NCBI GenBank assembly: GCA_029210745.1
Contig: JARGFI010000006.1
Location: 6,509 to 70,508, forward strand
Length of the DNA stretch: 64,000 bases
Direction: 5' to 3'
Origin: Desulfuromonadales bacterium
GTDB taxonomy: Bacteria > Desulfobacterota > Desulfuromonadia > Desulfuromonadales > JAHYIW01
Part shown: positions 17,122-28,076 of the stretch, piece after piece
Layout of the letters: each line of letters starts with the position of its first letter
Numbering within the stretch: position 1 is the stretch's first letter
The notes under the pieces: model-generated
The model's input: only the letters and a program-made list of their open reading frames with translations
Database searches by the model: none
Told to the model about the DNA's origin: nothing
Program-made: the position numbers and the translations under genes

Positions 17122-17184
17122 ACTGCGCGCCGATTTCGGCATCTTTCTGGCTGCCGCGCGCGATTTTCTTGCTAAGGATGACCA

Positions 17185-17694
17185 ATGAAGCTCAACGGAC
17201 AGGAAGGTATCATGAGTAACGACGGGATCGGCTGGGACACGCCGCCGCAGTGGCAGGAGCTTGATCAGCGGCAGTTGATCGGCAGCCTGCGTTTTGTTTC
17301 CGGTGAGCCGCACGGTGATCGGCTGCGGCTGCGTTATTATCTGGTTGATGACGCGCACACGCTGGCCGCCAGGGTCTGGTTTGGTCCGGGGGCCGCTGGT
17401 CCGCCGGGGCACGCCCACGGCGGGAGCATCGCGGCGGTTTTTGACGAGGTATTGGGGCTGACCGCCTGGGTCAAGGAGTATCCGATTGTGGTGGCGAACC
17501 TTAACGTGAACTTTCGCACCGCCCTGCCGCTGGAGACAGTGACAACACTGATGACCCATGTCGAATCGTTTGTCGGGAGGAAGATCAGTGTCCGGGGGGA
17601 GTTGCGCGGTCCCGATGAGACCCTTTACGCCGATGCAAGCGCCTTGCTACTGGTGATCGACCCGGAAAAATTCGCGAAAAAAGCAGGAGTTTAG
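17185..17694 (+). CDS. PaaI/hotdog-fold thioesterase family protein
   Basis: Typical string GPPGHAHGGSIAAVFDEVLG. Length 169 aa, with an alternative start at 17212. Confidence 0.8.
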   Translation: MKLNGQEGIMSNDGIGWDTPPQWQELDQRQLIGSLRFVSGEPHGDRLRLRYYLVDDAHTLAARVWFGPGAAGPPGHAHGGSIAAVFDEVLGLTAWVKEYPIVVANLNVNFRTALPLETVTTLMTHVESFVGRKISVRGELRGPDETLYADASALLLVIDPEKFAKKAGV

Positions 17695-17699
17695 CAGCA

Positions 17700-17906
17700 A
17701 TGTTATTTATCGCTGTCTTTTCCACTCCGGTGGGGCTGCTCTGTCTGTATCTGGCCTTCCTCTGCTATCGGCAGACCCGTTATCCCCAGGCGCTGGTCAT
17801 GGCTCTGATTGCAGCGGTCATGCTGGTGATCACCGTCGCGGTGATTGGCATCGGGCTCTTTACCGGGCAGACGATTCAAGACGGATTAGCCCCGCTTACG
17901 CGTTGA
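17700..17906 (+). CDS. Small two-TM membrane protein (hypothetical)
   Basis: 68 aa with two hydrophobic helices and AGGAG about 10 nt upstream. It overlaps the 3' end of the convergent radical SAM gene by 11 nt. Confidence 0.45.
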   Translation: MLFIAVFSTPVGLLCLYLAFLCYRQTRYPQALVMALIAAVMLVITVAVIGIGLFTGQTIQDGLAPLTR

Positions 17907-19224
17907 TCGGCCAGTCTTTTTCAAACCCTTCCGGAAAAAAATTTTCCCGCGTGCGATTGAAGTAGCCGTACTGAAGCTGCGGTGCCGCCGCCTTGAGCCG
18001 TCGCAACATCCGCATCATGCCGATCCCGCTCCCTTGCGGGTTGAGTGCCCGCCAGTAGAGCGCCGGATCGATGGCCAGATTACGTAGCTGGATCAGATCG
18101 ACCCCGGCACTGCGCACCAGTTCGATCAGCGCCGTCACTTCATCTTCGCGGTCGGTCACGCCGGGGAAGACCAGATAGTTGAGCATGGTGAAAAGTCCGT
18201 TTTTTTTCGCCCGGTGGAGCGCTTCGACGACATCGGCAAAGCGGTAGCCACGGGGTCGATAATAGGCGTTGTAGAACGGTTCCTGTACCGAGTTGAGTGA
18301 GACGCGAAGCGAATCGATGCCGGCGGCGGCAAGTTGATCGATGGCGTCAGGGAGTGAGGCGTTGGAGTTAAAATTGATCGTGCCGCGCGATGTTTGCCGC
18401 CGCATCTCGCGCACTGCGGCACAAATCGTCTCGGCTTGCATGATCGGATCACCCTCGCACCCCTGACCGAAAGAAACGATGGCGTTCTCGGCCTGTTCGA
18501 GATGAGGGATGGCGACCTCGCACAATTCCGCCACCGTGGGGACGAAGCTCAGGCGCTCCTGACTCGACGGGCAACACTCCGCTTCCTGCAACGAAATACA
18601 GCCGACGCAACGTGAATTGCAGGTCGGTGAACTCGGCAGGGGTGCTTCCCAGCGGCCTAAAAAAAGGTTCTTGGCGGCAAAACAGTGATAATCGACCGCG
18701 CACCGCGCCAGTTGCTCGAAGAGCCGGTTGTTCGGGTAGGCGGCGAGCCGTGAGCGCACCAGCGGGTCGAGACGACGATCATCGAAATGTTCCGGTTCCC
18801 ACTGGCGGTTGCGATCCACTGCCACCGCCGCGGTGTAGAAACGCTCTTCCTCAACACACCAGCCGACCGCCGTGTAGGACCAGAGGGGGAGTGGTTGCCG
18901 TTCCCCGAGCCAATCGACAGCGGGGAGCAGGGTGCGGGTGTAGCCGGGAGTCAGAAAAGCGGCGACGGCCTGAAGCGCTCCGCCCCCCCATTTGCGCGGC
19001 AGGCGCTCAGCGGTGACAATCTCTCCCCGCTGCCGTTCAAACCCGCGCGGTCGAGTGTCGGGGAGGGTAAACAGGCGGCTTCCTTCCGGCAGGGGGATCA
19101 GTTCGTCCCCTTCCGGAAGGCGCTCGTCGATGCCGTTACAGCCGGTCAGCAGCAACCAGGGATGTTCAAAGACTTCGCCCTGTGCATCGGCGACCAGCAT
19201 GCGGATGGTTTTCGTAGTGTTCAT
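17896..19224 (-). CDS. Radical SAM protein with a ~200-aa N-terminal domain of unknown function
   Basis: CxxxCxxC as CNSRCVGC, then a TIM-barrel-like region (SFGQGCEGDP, INFNSNASLP, LRVSLNS). Start set at the ATG (MNTTKTIRML); the track ORF begins at a TTG at 19275. Confidence 0.85.
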   Translation of the reverse strand: MNTTKTIRMLVADAQGEVFEHPWLLLTGCNGIDERLPEGDELIPLPEGSRLFTLPDTRPRGFERQRGEIVTAERLPRKWGGGALQAVAAFLTPGYTRTLLPAVDWLGERQPLPLWSYTAVGWCVEEERFYTAAVAVDRNRQWEPEHFDDRRLDPLVRSRLAAYPNNRLFEQLARCAVDYHCFAAKNLFLGRWEAPLPSSPTCNSRCVGCISLQEAECCPSSQERLSFVPTVAELCEVAIPHLEQAENAIVSFGQGCEGDPIMQAETICAAVREMRRQTSRGTINFNSNASLPDAIDQLAAAGIDSLRVSLNSVQEPFYNAYYRPRGYRFADVVEALHRAKKNGLFTMLNYLVFPGVTDREDEVTALIELVRSAGVDLIQLRNLAIDPALYWRALNPQGSGIGMMRMLRRLKAAAPQLQYGYFNRTRENFFPEGFEKDWPINA

Positions 19225-19287
19225 GGGGAGCAGTCTAGCGGGAAGCGCGTTGCCGGTCAATATCGATGGCCGCAAAGAGTGATTTTT

Positions 19288-20769
19288 TCAATCGTTACGA
19301 CAGGGAAGGGTCAATTTGACGCAGGTGAATTCTCCTTCACGACTGTCGACAGACAGTTCACCGCCATTCGCTTCAATCAATTGCCGACAGATGCTCAGAC
19401 CGAGGCCGGTTCCATCGGTGGCCGGTTTGGTGGTGAAGAAGGGTTCGGTGACACGTGGCAGCAGTGCCGCCGGGATGCCGCTCCCGAAATCTGTGACTGA
19501 AAGTTGAACGTTACGGTCTGCACGGCTGCCCGCAATGACGATTTTTTTGTCAGCATGGCTTTCCGGAAATTTTTTATGCAGGGCGTGGCGGCTGTTGCTG
19601 ATCAGGTTCAATAAAATTTGCAGCAGTTCCTGCGGATCGAAGATGATATCGGGTAAATGCTCTGCGCAGACGGTTTCGACATCGATGTTCATCCTTCTTA
19701 ACTGCGCATTGGAAAGGAGCAGGGCTTCTTCAACCGTCGCGCAGATGTGCGTTCGATACTCGCCCCTCCCCGTTTTCCGCCGGGCAAAATTGAGCAGGGA
19801 ACCAACGATTTTGGCGATCCGTTCCCCTTCATGAATGATGCGTTGACAAATATCTTGCGAGCGGACCGGTTCGAAGTCGCTGCGGGAGAGGATATCGGCA
19901 TAGTTGATCACGCCATTGATCGGATTGTTGATTTCGTGGGCGACTCCGGCTGCCAGTTCACCGAGCAGTTCCAGCTTGCCGCTGTGCAGCCGTCTTTCCT
20001 GCTGTTCGGCTTCGGTGGAAATATCTCTGAAAATCAGCACCGCGTTGGTCAATTGCGTCTCGTCGTTCAACATCGGAAAGGCCTGTTGCTGGTAGAGTTT
20101 CTTGTTGATGCGGACGCGGCAGGTTGCGTTGATTCCTCCGCTGGTCGCCGCGTCATCGATGGCGTGAACATCTCTCAGCTTGACGATATCATAATACGAT
20201 TTACCCGACAGGCTGTCTTTTGCGTCAGAAAAGAGTTCGGTGGCACTCTGGTTGGCCCAGACCACGGTGAGGTCTTGATCGAATAACAGAATAGGGTCAC
20301 GAATGGCGTCGAAAAGTGCTTTGAACTGCCGGGTGAAGTTGCGGTAACTTTCCTCGCGGATGGCCAGCTCCTGCTGAGCTTTGCGGAGGTCCAGCAGCGC
20401 CTGCCATTGATGCAGGGCGCTGTCAATGATCTTTGGCAGTTTGCGCAGCGTGGTCGATGATTTGACGATGTAGTCGAGCGCGCCCAGTTTGAGGGCATTG
20501 ACGGCCTCCTCCTCATTCCCTTCGCCGGTCAGGATGATGCAAGGGAAAGTTCTTTCCGTGTGCGAACCGGGGAGAAGTTCCGTGCCCTTGCCGTCGGGAA
20601 GAGACAGATCAATGATGGCCAGATCAGGACGTATCTGGCTCAGGAACGCTTTTGCTTCATTCAGGTTTGTCGCGGTGGTAACATGAAAACGCTGTTCGCA
20701 ATTTGACAGCGACTCAAGTATTGTCTGGAGCTGGGTCGATGAATCTTCCACCAGCAAGAGATTAAACAT
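19288..20769 (-). CDS. Hybrid signalling protein: N-terminal receiver (REC) + PAS + HisKA/HATPase histidine kinase
   Basis: REC region (LLLVEDS ... DLAIIDLSLPDG), H-box GVAHEINNPING, and N/G boxes (LISNSRHAL, DFGSGIP, GTGLGLSI). Confidence 0.9.
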   Translation of the reverse strand: MFNLLLVEDSSTQLQTILESLSNCEQRFHVTTATNLNEAKAFLSQIRPDLAIIDLSLPDGKGTELLPGSHTERTFPCIILTGEGNEEEAVNALKLGALDYIVKSSTTLRKLPKIIDSALHQWQALLDLRKAQQELAIREESYRNFTRQFKALFDAIRDPILLFDQDLTVVWANQSATELFSDAKDSLSGKSYYDIVKLRDVHAIDDAATSGGINATCRVRINKKLYQQQAFPMLNDETQLTNAVLIFRDISTEAEQQERRLHSGKLELLGELAAGVAHEINNPINGVINYADILSRSDFEPVRSQDICQRIIHEGERIAKIVGSLLNFARRKTGRGEYRTHICATVEEALLLSNAQLRRMNIDVETVCAEHLPDIIFDPQELLQILLNLISNSRHALHKKFPESHADKKIVIAGSRADRNVQLSVTDFGSGIPAALLPRVTEPFFTTKPATDGTGLGLSICRQLIEANGGELSVDSREGEFTCVKLTLPCRND

Positions 20770-20784
20770 AGTGAATTTAGACCT

Positions 20785-20812
20785 TTGTTGGAGTGTTGAA
20801 AGGTTTTATAAT
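20785..20812 (+). promoter_or_regulatory. Candidate sigma-70 promoter for the B12-radical SAM gene
   Basis: TTGTTG-16 nt-TATAAT (a perfect -10), about 70 nt upstream of the ATG at 20882. Confidence 0.35.
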
Positions 20813-20881
20813 GTAGTTTTATGCTACCTGAAAGTAAAGAAATTTTTAACTTAAGCGCAGAGAGGCAAAAGAACAGATTTT

Positions 20882-22585
20882 ATGCGCACGACGCTGACCA
20901 CACTCCACAGTAAATACATTCATGCCAGCCTGGCGCTGCCTTATCTGGCGGCGTACTGCGCCGCGGATTGCACAGCGATCGAAATTCGCGAGTTTACCGT
21001 GCATGAGCCGAAAATCAACGTGCTGGCGGCGCTGCTGGCGACGGAACCGGATGTGGTTGCGTTCTCGGTCTATCTCTGGAACCGGCGCGAGACGCTGGAG
21101 CTGGTCGCTGCTTTGCACGCCGTGCGCCCAACGGTGCGCATCGTTCTCGGTGGCCCGGAGGTGTCGTTCGATGGGCCTGCACTCTTTGCGCAACACCCCG
21201 GCATTAGCGCGCTCGTGCGCGGCGAGGGAGAGTTGCCGTTGCGGGCGCTGCTGTCCGCCTGGGCGCGAGGTGTCGAGCCGGACGATTTGTCCCGCCTGAC
21301 GGTGCGCCGTGACGGCGCGGTTGTTGTCGGCCCGGACGCCCCGCCGCTGGCTGATCTCGACACGCTGCCATCCCCCTTCACGGCGGGGCTGGTCGATGCG
21401 CAACGCGGCCTGGTTTATTATGAAACCAGCCGTGGGTGTCCCTATCGTTGCGCTTTCTGCATGAGCGCCCTTGATACCGGGGTGCGTTCCTTTTCACGCG
21501 CGCGGATCGAAAGCGACCTGGGCTGGCTGCTCGCACGACGGGTGCCGGTGATCAAGGTGGTTGACCGGACATTCAATTACAACGCCGTGCGGGCGCGGGA
21601 GATTCTCGCCTTTATTGTGCAGCACCATCGCGCCAGCCGGATTCATCTGGAGATCGGTGCCCAGCTCCTCGACGAGGAAACCCTGACGCTGCTCGAAAAT
21701 GCTCCGGCGGGGATCTTCCAGTTTGAAATCGGTGTGCAGACAATCTTGCCGGAAACCCTTGCCACGGTTGGACGAACATTGTCGGCAGCATCTCTGGAAA
21801 CGGTCGTGCGCCGCTTGCGCCGGACAAACAACATCCCTTTGCATCTCGACCTGCTCGCCGGCCTGCCGGGGGAAACGGAACACGATGTGCTTGCCGCGGT
21901 CGACCGGATGCTGGCGTTGCACCCCCATCATCTGCAACTGGAACCGGTCAAGCTGCTCCCCGGCTCACCGTTACGCGACCGCGCGGCAGCGCTTGGACTG
22001 GTCTACGATCCCCATCCCCCCTATACCGTGCTGACGACGCCGACGCTGTCGTTTGCCGCGCTGGAGCGGCTGCGTGATTTGAGCCGAATCCTCGATCTGA
22101 CCTGGAATGACGGAAGCTTGATCCGTTTTCTCAACGGCCTGGCGGTTCTTCGCGGGTCATTGGCCGCCGCTCTCGCGGCGCTGGCGGACGACTGGCGGGG
22201 GCATGATTATTTTCGTCAGCCGGTGGCGCGGCGCGGAGTCTTTGAGCGGATCTGGCGATTTATCCGGGAACACTTCCGGGGTGATGATTTTGCCCGTTTG
22301 CGTGATCTGCTGGCGCGCGATTTGGCCTGTAGTGAACGGATTGTACCGGGGAAAGCGCCGGAACTATTTGACGATGCGTTGGGTGAGGAAGAAACGCGCG
22401 CGGCACAGAAGCTGGTGCGCAAGGAAGTGGACGCCGTACGTGGGCAGGGGGTAAAGGTGATGCATTTTGCTGCCCGCTTCAGTCACCTCCCCGATCAGCT
22501 GGAACCGGTCGTTGTCGTCTTTTTTTATCTGACCCGCAGCGGCGCGGGGATGACAGTGAAAGAAGTTGTTGTCGGTTCTGAGTGA
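20882..22585 (+). CDS. B12-binding-domain radical SAM protein with DUF4080-type C-terminus
   Basis: N-terminus MRTTLTTLHSKYIHASLALPYL is typical of this family. The radical SAM motif is SRGCPYRCAFC. A ~180-aa C-terminal extension follows. Confidence 0.88.
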   Translation: MRTTLTTLHSKYIHASLALPYLAAYCAADCTAIEIREFTVHEPKINVLAALLATEPDVVAFSVYLWNRRETLELVAALHAVRPTVRIVLGGPEVSFDGPALFAQHPGISALVRGEGELPLRALLSAWARGVEPDDLSRLTVRRDGAVVVGPDAPPLADLDTLPSPFTAGLVDAQRGLVYYETSRGCPYRCAFCMSALDTGVRSFSRARIESDLGWLLARRVPVIKVVDRTFNYNAVRAREILAFIVQHHRASRIHLEIGAQLLDEETLTLLENAPAGIFQFEIGVQTILPETLATVGRTLSAASLETVVRRLRRTNNIPLHLDLLAGLPGETEHDVLAAVDRMLALHPHHLQLEPVKLLPGSPLRDRAAALGLVYDPHPPYTVLTTPTLSFAALERLRDLSRILDLTWNDGSLIRFLNGLAVLRGSLAAALAALADDWRGHDYFRQPVARRGVFERIWRFIREHFRGDDFARLRDLLARDLACSERIVPGKAPELFDDALGEEETRAAQKLVRKEVDAVRGQGVKVMHFAARFSHLPDQLEPVVVVFFYLTRSGAGMTVKEVVVGSE

Positions 22586-22615
22586 CTGGAGGGGGACGTG
22601 CTCTCCGGGTTTTTT
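22586..22615 (+). terminator. Possible intrinsic terminator
   Basis: CTGGAG-9 nt-CTCCGG stem followed by GTTTTTT, immediately after the stop at 22585. Confidence 0.4.
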
Positions 22616-22697
22616 CAGTGCTGCGATCAAACCGATCAAATCCTTGACCATCGCTCATTTTCCATGCTATTTTACTCCCTTTTAACAAGGCGATTTA

Positions 22698-24179
22698 ATG
22701 ATGTATTTTCCCACTCTTGAAGAATTTACCCGGCTTTGTGATGAGGGTAATCTGATTCCGGTCTGTCGCGAGATTCTGGCGGACATGGAAACGCCGGTGT
22801 CGGCGTTTAAGAAGATCGATGACGGACGCACATCTTTTCTCCTCGAAAGTATCGAAGGGGGCGAGAAGTGGGCCCGCTATTCATTTCTGGGCAGCGGGCC
22901 GGGGCGGGTCTTTCGCAGTCGTGATGACTATTACGAGATCGTCGCCGACGGCGCGGTCATCGACAGTGGTCGCGGGGTTAACCCGCTCGATGAGTTGCGC
23001 CGTTTCATGGCGCAGTATCAGCCGGTGCCGCTGGCTGAACTGCCTCGCTTTTGCGGTGGTGCCGTCGGCTATCTCGGTTACGACACGGTACGTTTTGTCG
23101 AAAGCTTGCCGGACCAAAATCCGCGCGAGATCGATGTCTGGGATAGCTGCTTTCTGCTCACCGAGAAACTGCTGATCTTCGACAATATGCGGCAAAAGGT
23201 CAAGGTGGTCTGCAACGTTCATCGGGGTGACGCTGAAACTCCTGTGGAAGCCTACCGCCGCGGGGTAACCGCAATTGATGCGATGATCGAACAATTACGG
23301 CAGCCGTTGCCGGTGGCGCACTGCAAGGCGGTGTCCGGCGACGTCGAGCTGACCCCGAATTTCAGCCGCGAGGAATTCAAGGCAGCGGTCGAACGGTGCA
23401 AGGAATATGTGCGGGCGGGAGATATTTTTCAGGTGGTTCTGTCGCAGCGCTTTAGCGGTGCGCTCGATTGCGATCCCTTCGATATTTACCGGGCGTTGCG
23501 GACGATCAACCCCTCTCCCTATATGTTTTTTCTGCGCTTCGATGACACGCTGGTTATCGGCGCTTCCCCTGAAGTGCTGGTGCGCAAGGAGGGGGATCAG
23601 GTCGAAGTGCGTCCGATCGCCGGAACCCGGCCGCGTGGCGCCACGCCCGAGGAAGACGGGTGCCTGGAGCAGGAGTTGCTGGCTGACGCAAAGGAACTGG
23701 CTGAGCATATCATGCTGGTCGATTTGGGGCGCAACGATCTCGGGCGGGTGTGCCGGACCGGCACGGTCGAAGTGGATGAACTGATGGTGGTCGAGCGCTA
23801 TTCGCATGTCATGCACATCGTCTCGAATGTACGGGGCAAGCTGAAGGATGGTTGTGACGCGCTCGATGTTTTCGGTGCCGCTTTCCCGGCCGGAACCCTT
23901 TCCGGCGCGCCGAAAATCCGGGCGATGGAGATCATCGACGAGCTGGAACCGTGCCGCCGTGAAATTTACGGTGGCGCGGTCGGTTACCTATCTTTTTCCG
24001 GCAATATGGATATGGCGATCGCGATCCGCACGCTGATCGTCAATCATGGTCGCATCCATCTTCAGGCCGGTGCCGGGATTGTCGCCGATTCCGACCCCGA
24101 GAGCGAATATCAGGAGACGCTGAGCAAAGCGCGCGGCGCACTGAAGGCGATTGAAATGGCGCGACGGGGGCTCGACTGA
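22698..24179 (+). CDS. trpE: Anthranilate synthase component I
   Basis: Chorismate-binding family strings ([57 protein letters not shown]). Confidence 0.95.
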   Translation: MMYFPTLEEFTRLCDEGNLIPVCREILADMETPVSAFKKIDDGRTSFLLESIEGGEKWARYSFLGSGPGRVFRSRDDYYEIVADGAVIDSGRGVNPLDELRRFMAQYQPVPLAELPRFCGGAVGYLGYDTVRFVESLPDQNPREIDVWDSCFLLTEKLLIFDNMRQKVKVVCNVHRGDAETPVEAYRRGVTAIDAMIEQLRQPLPVAHCKAVSGDVELTPNFSREEFKAAVERCKEYVRAGDIFQVVLSQRFSGALDCDPFDIYRALRTINPSPYMFFLRFDDTLVIGASPEVLVRKEGDQVEVRPIAGTRPRGATPEEDGCLEQELLADAKELAEHIMLVDLGRNDLGRVCRTGTVEVDELMVVERYSHVMHIVSNVRGKLKDGCDALDVFGAAFPAGTLSGAPKIRAMEIIDELEPCRREIYGGAVGYLSFSGNMDMAIAIRTLIVNHGRIHLQAGAGIVADSDPESEYQETLSKARGALKAIEMARRGLD

Positions 24180-24180
24180 C

Positions 24181-24747
24181 ATGGTGTTGATGATCGACAA
24201 CTACGACTCCTTTACCTATAATCTGGTTCAATACCTGGGCGAGCTCGGTGCCGATGTCGTCGTCTACCGCAACGACAAGATCACGCTCGACGAAATTGCC
24301 GCGCTCAAGCCGCGCCAACTGGTGATTTCCCCCGGCCCCTGCACGCCGGGCGAGGCGGGGATTTCGGTGGCTGCCATCGAACGTTTTGCCGGTATGATTC
24401 CAATCTTCGGCGTGTGCCTCGGTCATCAGGCGATCGGTCAGGCGTTTGGCGGCAAGGTGGTGCGCGCCGCGACCCTGATGCACGGCAAAACGAGTCTGAT
24501 TCATCACGCCGGGAGTGATATTTTTGCCGGACTCGATAACCCCTTGGTGGCGACACGCTATCATTCGCTGATCGTTGAACGGGACAGCCTGCCGGACACT
24601 TTACAGATCACCGCCTGGACCGAGGACGGCACCATCATGGGGCTGGCACATAAAGAGCTGCCGGTCTGGGGTGTTCAGTTTCATCCCGAATCGATCCTCA
24701 CCGGGGCGGGGAAACAGTTGTTGCAGAATTTTCTCAATTTGACCTGA
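24181..24747 (+). CDS. trpG: Anthranilate synthase component II (glutamine amidotransferase)
   Basis: [19 protein letters not shown], catalytic [10 protein letters not shown], and C-terminal GVQFHPESI. The ATG lies 1 nt after the trpE stop. Confidence 0.95.
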   Translation: MVLMIDNYDSFTYNLVQYLGELGADVVVYRNDKITLDEIAALKPRQLVISPGPCTPGEAGISVAAIERFAGMIPIFGVCLGHQAIGQAFGGKVVRAATLMHGKTSLIHHAGSDIFAGLDNPLVATRYHSLIVERDSLPDTLQITAWTEDGTIMGLAHKELPVWGVQFHPESILTGAGKQLLQNFLNLT

Positions 24748-24798
24748 TAGCGCGCGACTTAGTGCGGGCGCGGTCGATGGCGCCCGGTGGAGGATAAA

Positions 24799-25851
24799 AT
24801 GATCAAGCTGGCGATTGCAAAGGTGGTGGAACGGCAGAATCTTTCCGAAGGGGAGATGGTCGAAGTGATGGACCAGATCATGTCCGGCGGAGCGACACCG
24901 GCACAAATTGGTGCGTTGATCACCGCGTTGCGCATGAAGGGGGAGACGGTGGCCGAGATCACCGGTGCGGCCAGGGTGATGCGCGAGCGGGCCACGCCGA
25001 TCAGGGTCGGCCGTAATGTTCTCGATATCGACCGCGACGAGATCAACCTCGACCAGGAGACGATCCTCGATGTGGTCGGCACCGGTGGCGACGGTACCAA
25101 CACCTTCAATATTTCCACCACCGTTTCCTTTGTTGTCTCCAGTTGCGGCGTCAAGGTCGCCAAGCACGGCAACCGCTCGGTGTCCTCGGCGTGCGGCAGT
25201 GCCGATGTGATCGAAGCGCTGGGTGTTAACCTTGACGTCACCCCCGAGGTGGTTGAACAGTGTATTAACGAGATCGGCATCGGGTTTCTCTTTGCCCCGG
25301 CCCTGCACGGGGCGATGAAATACGCGATCGGGCCGCGCAAGGAGATCGGTATTCGCACCATCTTCAATATCCTTGGTCCGTTGACCAACCCGGCCAAGGC
25401 CGATTGTCAGGTGATGGGAGTCTATCGCGAGGATCTGGTTGAACCGCTGGCGCAAGTGCTGCACAACCTCGGCTGTCGGCGCGGTTTCGTCGTCTGCGGT
25501 AGCGACGGTATGGATGAGATCACCCTGACCGGTCCGACCACGGTGGCGACCGTTACCGCCGACGGGGTCGGTGTCGACCGCATCACTCCGGAACAGTTCG
25601 GTTTTAGCCGCTGCACCATGGCTGATCTGCGTGGTGGCGATGCCTGCGGGAATGCGCTGATTGTGCGCGGCATCCTTGCCGGGGAGCAAGGGCCAAAACG
25701 CGATATCGTCCTGTTCAATGCGGCCTATGCGCTGCTGGCCTCCGGCAAAGTGACGTCAGTTCGTGCCGGGATGACCCTTGCGGCGGAGGCGATCGATTCC
25801 GGACGCGCTTTGGCGCAGGTCGAAAAACTGGCGCAGCTGACCAGCCAATGA
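24799..25851 (+). CDS. trpD: Anthranilate phosphoribosyltransferase
   Basis: [17 protein letters not shown] and KHGNRSVSS motifs. GGAGG lies upstream of the ATG at 24799. Confidence 0.95.
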   Translation: MIKLAIAKVVERQNLSEGEMVEVMDQIMSGGATPAQIGALITALRMKGETVAEITGAARVMRERATPIRVGRNVLDIDRDEINLDQETILDVVGTGGDGTNTFNISTTVSFVVSSCGVKVAKHGNRSVSSACGSADVIEALGVNLDVTPEVVEQCINEIGIGFLFAPALHGAMKYAIGPRKEIGIRTIFNILGPLTNPAKADCQVMGVYREDLVEPLAQVLHNLGCRRGFVVCGSDGMDEITLTGPTTVATVTADGVGVDRITPEQFGFSRCTMADLRGGDACGNALIVRGILAGEQGPKRDIVLFNAAYALLASGKVTSVRAGMTLAAEAIDSGRALAQVEKLAQLTSQ

Positions 25852-26648
25852 CCGCTTCCCCCGAAATTCTCAAGACGATTGTCGCCCATAAGCGCGACGA
25901 GGTGGCCGCCGCGCGCGCCACTCTGCCAGAGGGTGAACTGCGCGCGCAACTTGCCGACCTGGAGGATCAACCGCGCGGCTTCGTGCGCGCCCTGCGCGCG
26001 ACTCACGCGTCCGGAAGGACGGCCATCATTGCCGAAATCAAGAAAGGGTCGCCGTCGCAGGGGGTGATCCGTCCCGATTTTGATCCACTGGCGATTGCCG
26101 AGATCTACGCGGCGGGCGGCGCCGCCTGTTTGTCGGTGTTGACGGATCATAAATTTTTCCTGGGGGAGCTGCGTTTTCTTCGTCTGATTCGAGAGCAGAT
26201 CAATTTGCCCTTGTTGCGGAAAGATTTTATCTGTGACCCCTACCAGATTGTTGAGGCCCGCGTTGCTGGTGCCGATGCGATTTTGCTCATCGCCGCCATG
26301 CTTGACCTGGCGCAGTTGCGTGAGTTTTCCGCGCTGGCCACTGAATTGCACCTCGATGTGCTGCTCGAAGTTCATGACGAACGCGAGCTGGAGATCGCGT
26401 TGCAGACCGATTGTGAGCTGATCGGCATTAATAACCGCAATCTGCAAACCTTTGTCACTGCGCTGACGACAACCGAGCGCTTGCTGCCGTTGATTCCGGC
26501 AGAGCGCTGTGTGGTCACCGAGAGTGGCATCAGTCACCGGGCCGAGGTTGAGCGGTTGCAGCACGCCGGCGTGGGGGCCTTTCTGATCGGCGAAGCGCTG
26601 ATGCGCGAGGCCGATATCGGTGCCAAGCTGAAAGAGTTGCTCGGGTAA
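25848..26648 (+). CDS. trpC: Indole-3-glycerol phosphate synthase
   Basis: [34 protein letters not shown] and ESGI motifs. An ATGA overlap with trpD. Confidence 0.95.
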   Translation: MTASPEILKTIVAHKRDEVAAARATLPEGELRAQLADLEDQPRGFVRALRATHASGRTAIIAEIKKGSPSQGVIRPDFDPLAIAEIYAAGGAACLSVLTDHKFFLGELRFLRLIREQINLPLLRKDFICDPYQIVEARVAGADAILLIAAMLDLAQLREFSALATELHLDVLLEVHDERELEIALQTDCELIGINNRNLQTFVTALTTTERLLPLIPAERCVVTESGISHRAEVERLQHAGVGAFLIGEALMREADIGAKLKELLG

Positions 26649-26690
26649 AGGCAAAATTGTTTTCTTATGAACAGACAAAGGAGTCGACCA

Positions 26691-28043
26691 ATGCAGACCA
26701 AGATCCTGCTCCCTGAAGATCATATCCCGAAACAGTGGTACAACGTTATTCCCGACCTGTCCAGCCCGTTGGCGCCGGTGGTTCACCCGGTGACGATGCA
26801 GCCGGTATCGCCGGACGATCTGCTGCCACTCTTTCCGATGGGACTGATCGAGCAGGAGGTATCGACGCAGCGCTGGATCGACATCCCCCGCGAAGTGCTC
26901 GACATCTATCAGCTCTGGCGACCGTCGCCGATGTATCGTGCCCATCGGCTCGAAAAAGCGCTCGGCACCGCATCGAAAATTTATTACAAATACGAAGGAG
27001 GCTCTCCGGCCGGGTCGCACAAACCGAACAGTGCCATCCCGCAGGCCTACTACAATAAAATTTTCGGCACCAAGCGCATCGCTACCGAGACCGGTGCCGG
27101 TCAATGGGGTTCGTCGATTTCGCTCGCCTGCCAGATGTTTGGCCTCGAATGCACGGTTTACATGGTCAAGGTGTCCTACAACCAGAAACCGTACCGCAAG
27201 AGCATGATGCAACTCTGGGGGGCGAATGTCATCCCCTCACCGTCGAACCAGACCAACGCGGGGCGGGCGATCCTCGCTGCGCATCCCGACAGCAATGGCT
27301 CGCTCGGTATCGCTATCAGCGAGGCGGTGGAGGATGCTGTTGGTCGCGAGGATACCCGCTATGCTCTGGGCAGTGTGCTCAACCATGTCTGCTTGCATCA
27401 GACCATCATCGGCCTGGAGGCGAAGGAGCAGATGGCGCTGGTTGGCGACTATCCCGACGTCGTCATCGGCTGTCACGGTGGCGGTTCCAACTTTGCCGGC
27501 ATCGGTTTCCCCTTCGTCGCGGACAAGGCCAATGGCAAGAATGTGCGTGTCCTCGCCGTCGAGCCGGCCAGCTGCCCGACGCTGACCCGGGGGGTTTACG
27601 CCTTCGACTACGGTGACACCGCCAAGATGGCACCGGTGGCGAAGATGTACACCCTCGGTCACGATTTCATGCCGCCGGGGATTCATGCCGGTGGCCTGCG
27701 CTATCACGGTGCCTCGGCGCTGGTCTCACAGCTGGTGCACGAAGGGGTCGTCGAGGCGAAGTCGGTTCATCAACTCGCCTGTTTCGAGGCGGCGGTCCTC
27801 TTTGCCCGCAGCGAGGGGATCATCCCCGCCCCGGAATCGAGCCACGCCATTCGTGGCGCCATCGACGAGGCGTTGCAGGCCGATGAAGAAGGGCAAGAGA
27901 AGACGATCCTCTTCAATCTGTCCGGTCACGGCCATGTCGACATGCAGGCCTACGACGATTTCTTCGCCGGCAAGCTGACCGATTATGACTACCCGGAAGA
28001 AGCGATCAGAGAATCGTTGGCGCAGCTACCCAAGGTGGGGTAG
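26691..28043 (+). CDS. TrpB2-type (long) tryptophan synthase beta-like PLP enzyme
   Basis: 450 aa, with the N-terminal extension [23 protein letters not shown] typical of TrpB2, and PLP-lysine context [16 protein letters not shown] upstream. Confidence 0.88.
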   Translation: MQTKILLPEDHIPKQWYNVIPDLSSPLAPVVHPVTMQPVSPDDLLPLFPMGLIEQEVSTQRWIDIPREVLDIYQLWRPSPMYRAHRLEKALGTASKIYYKYEGGSPAGSHKPNSAIPQAYYNKIFGTKRIATETGAGQWGSSISLACQMFGLECTVYMVKVSYNQKPYRKSMMQLWGANVIPSPSNQTNAGRAILAAHPDSNGSLGIAISEAVEDAVGREDTRYALGSVLNHVCLHQTIIGLEAKEQMALVGDYPDVVIGCHGGGSNFAGIGFPFVADKANGKNVRVLAVEPASCPTLTRGVYAFDYGDTAKMAPVAKMYTLGHDFMPPGIHAGGLRYHGASALVSQLVHEGVVEAKSVHQLACFEAAVLFARSEGIIPAPESSHAIRGAIDEALQADEEGQEKTILFNLSGHGHVDMQAYDDFFAGKLTDYDYPEEAIRESLAQLPKVG

Positions 28044-28076
28044 TTTTGCAGCAGTCCACCCTGACGGGGTTTGCTT

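Noticed and set aside
22586-22697. A trp leader peptide, attenuator or T-box upstream of trpE.
   Set aside because: There are only ~110 nt between genes and no Trp-codon-containing mini-ORF. No alternative terminator/antiterminator pairs are visible. The only hairpin (22586..22615) sits directly after the upstream gene, and the candidate -10 is ~25 nt from the ATG.
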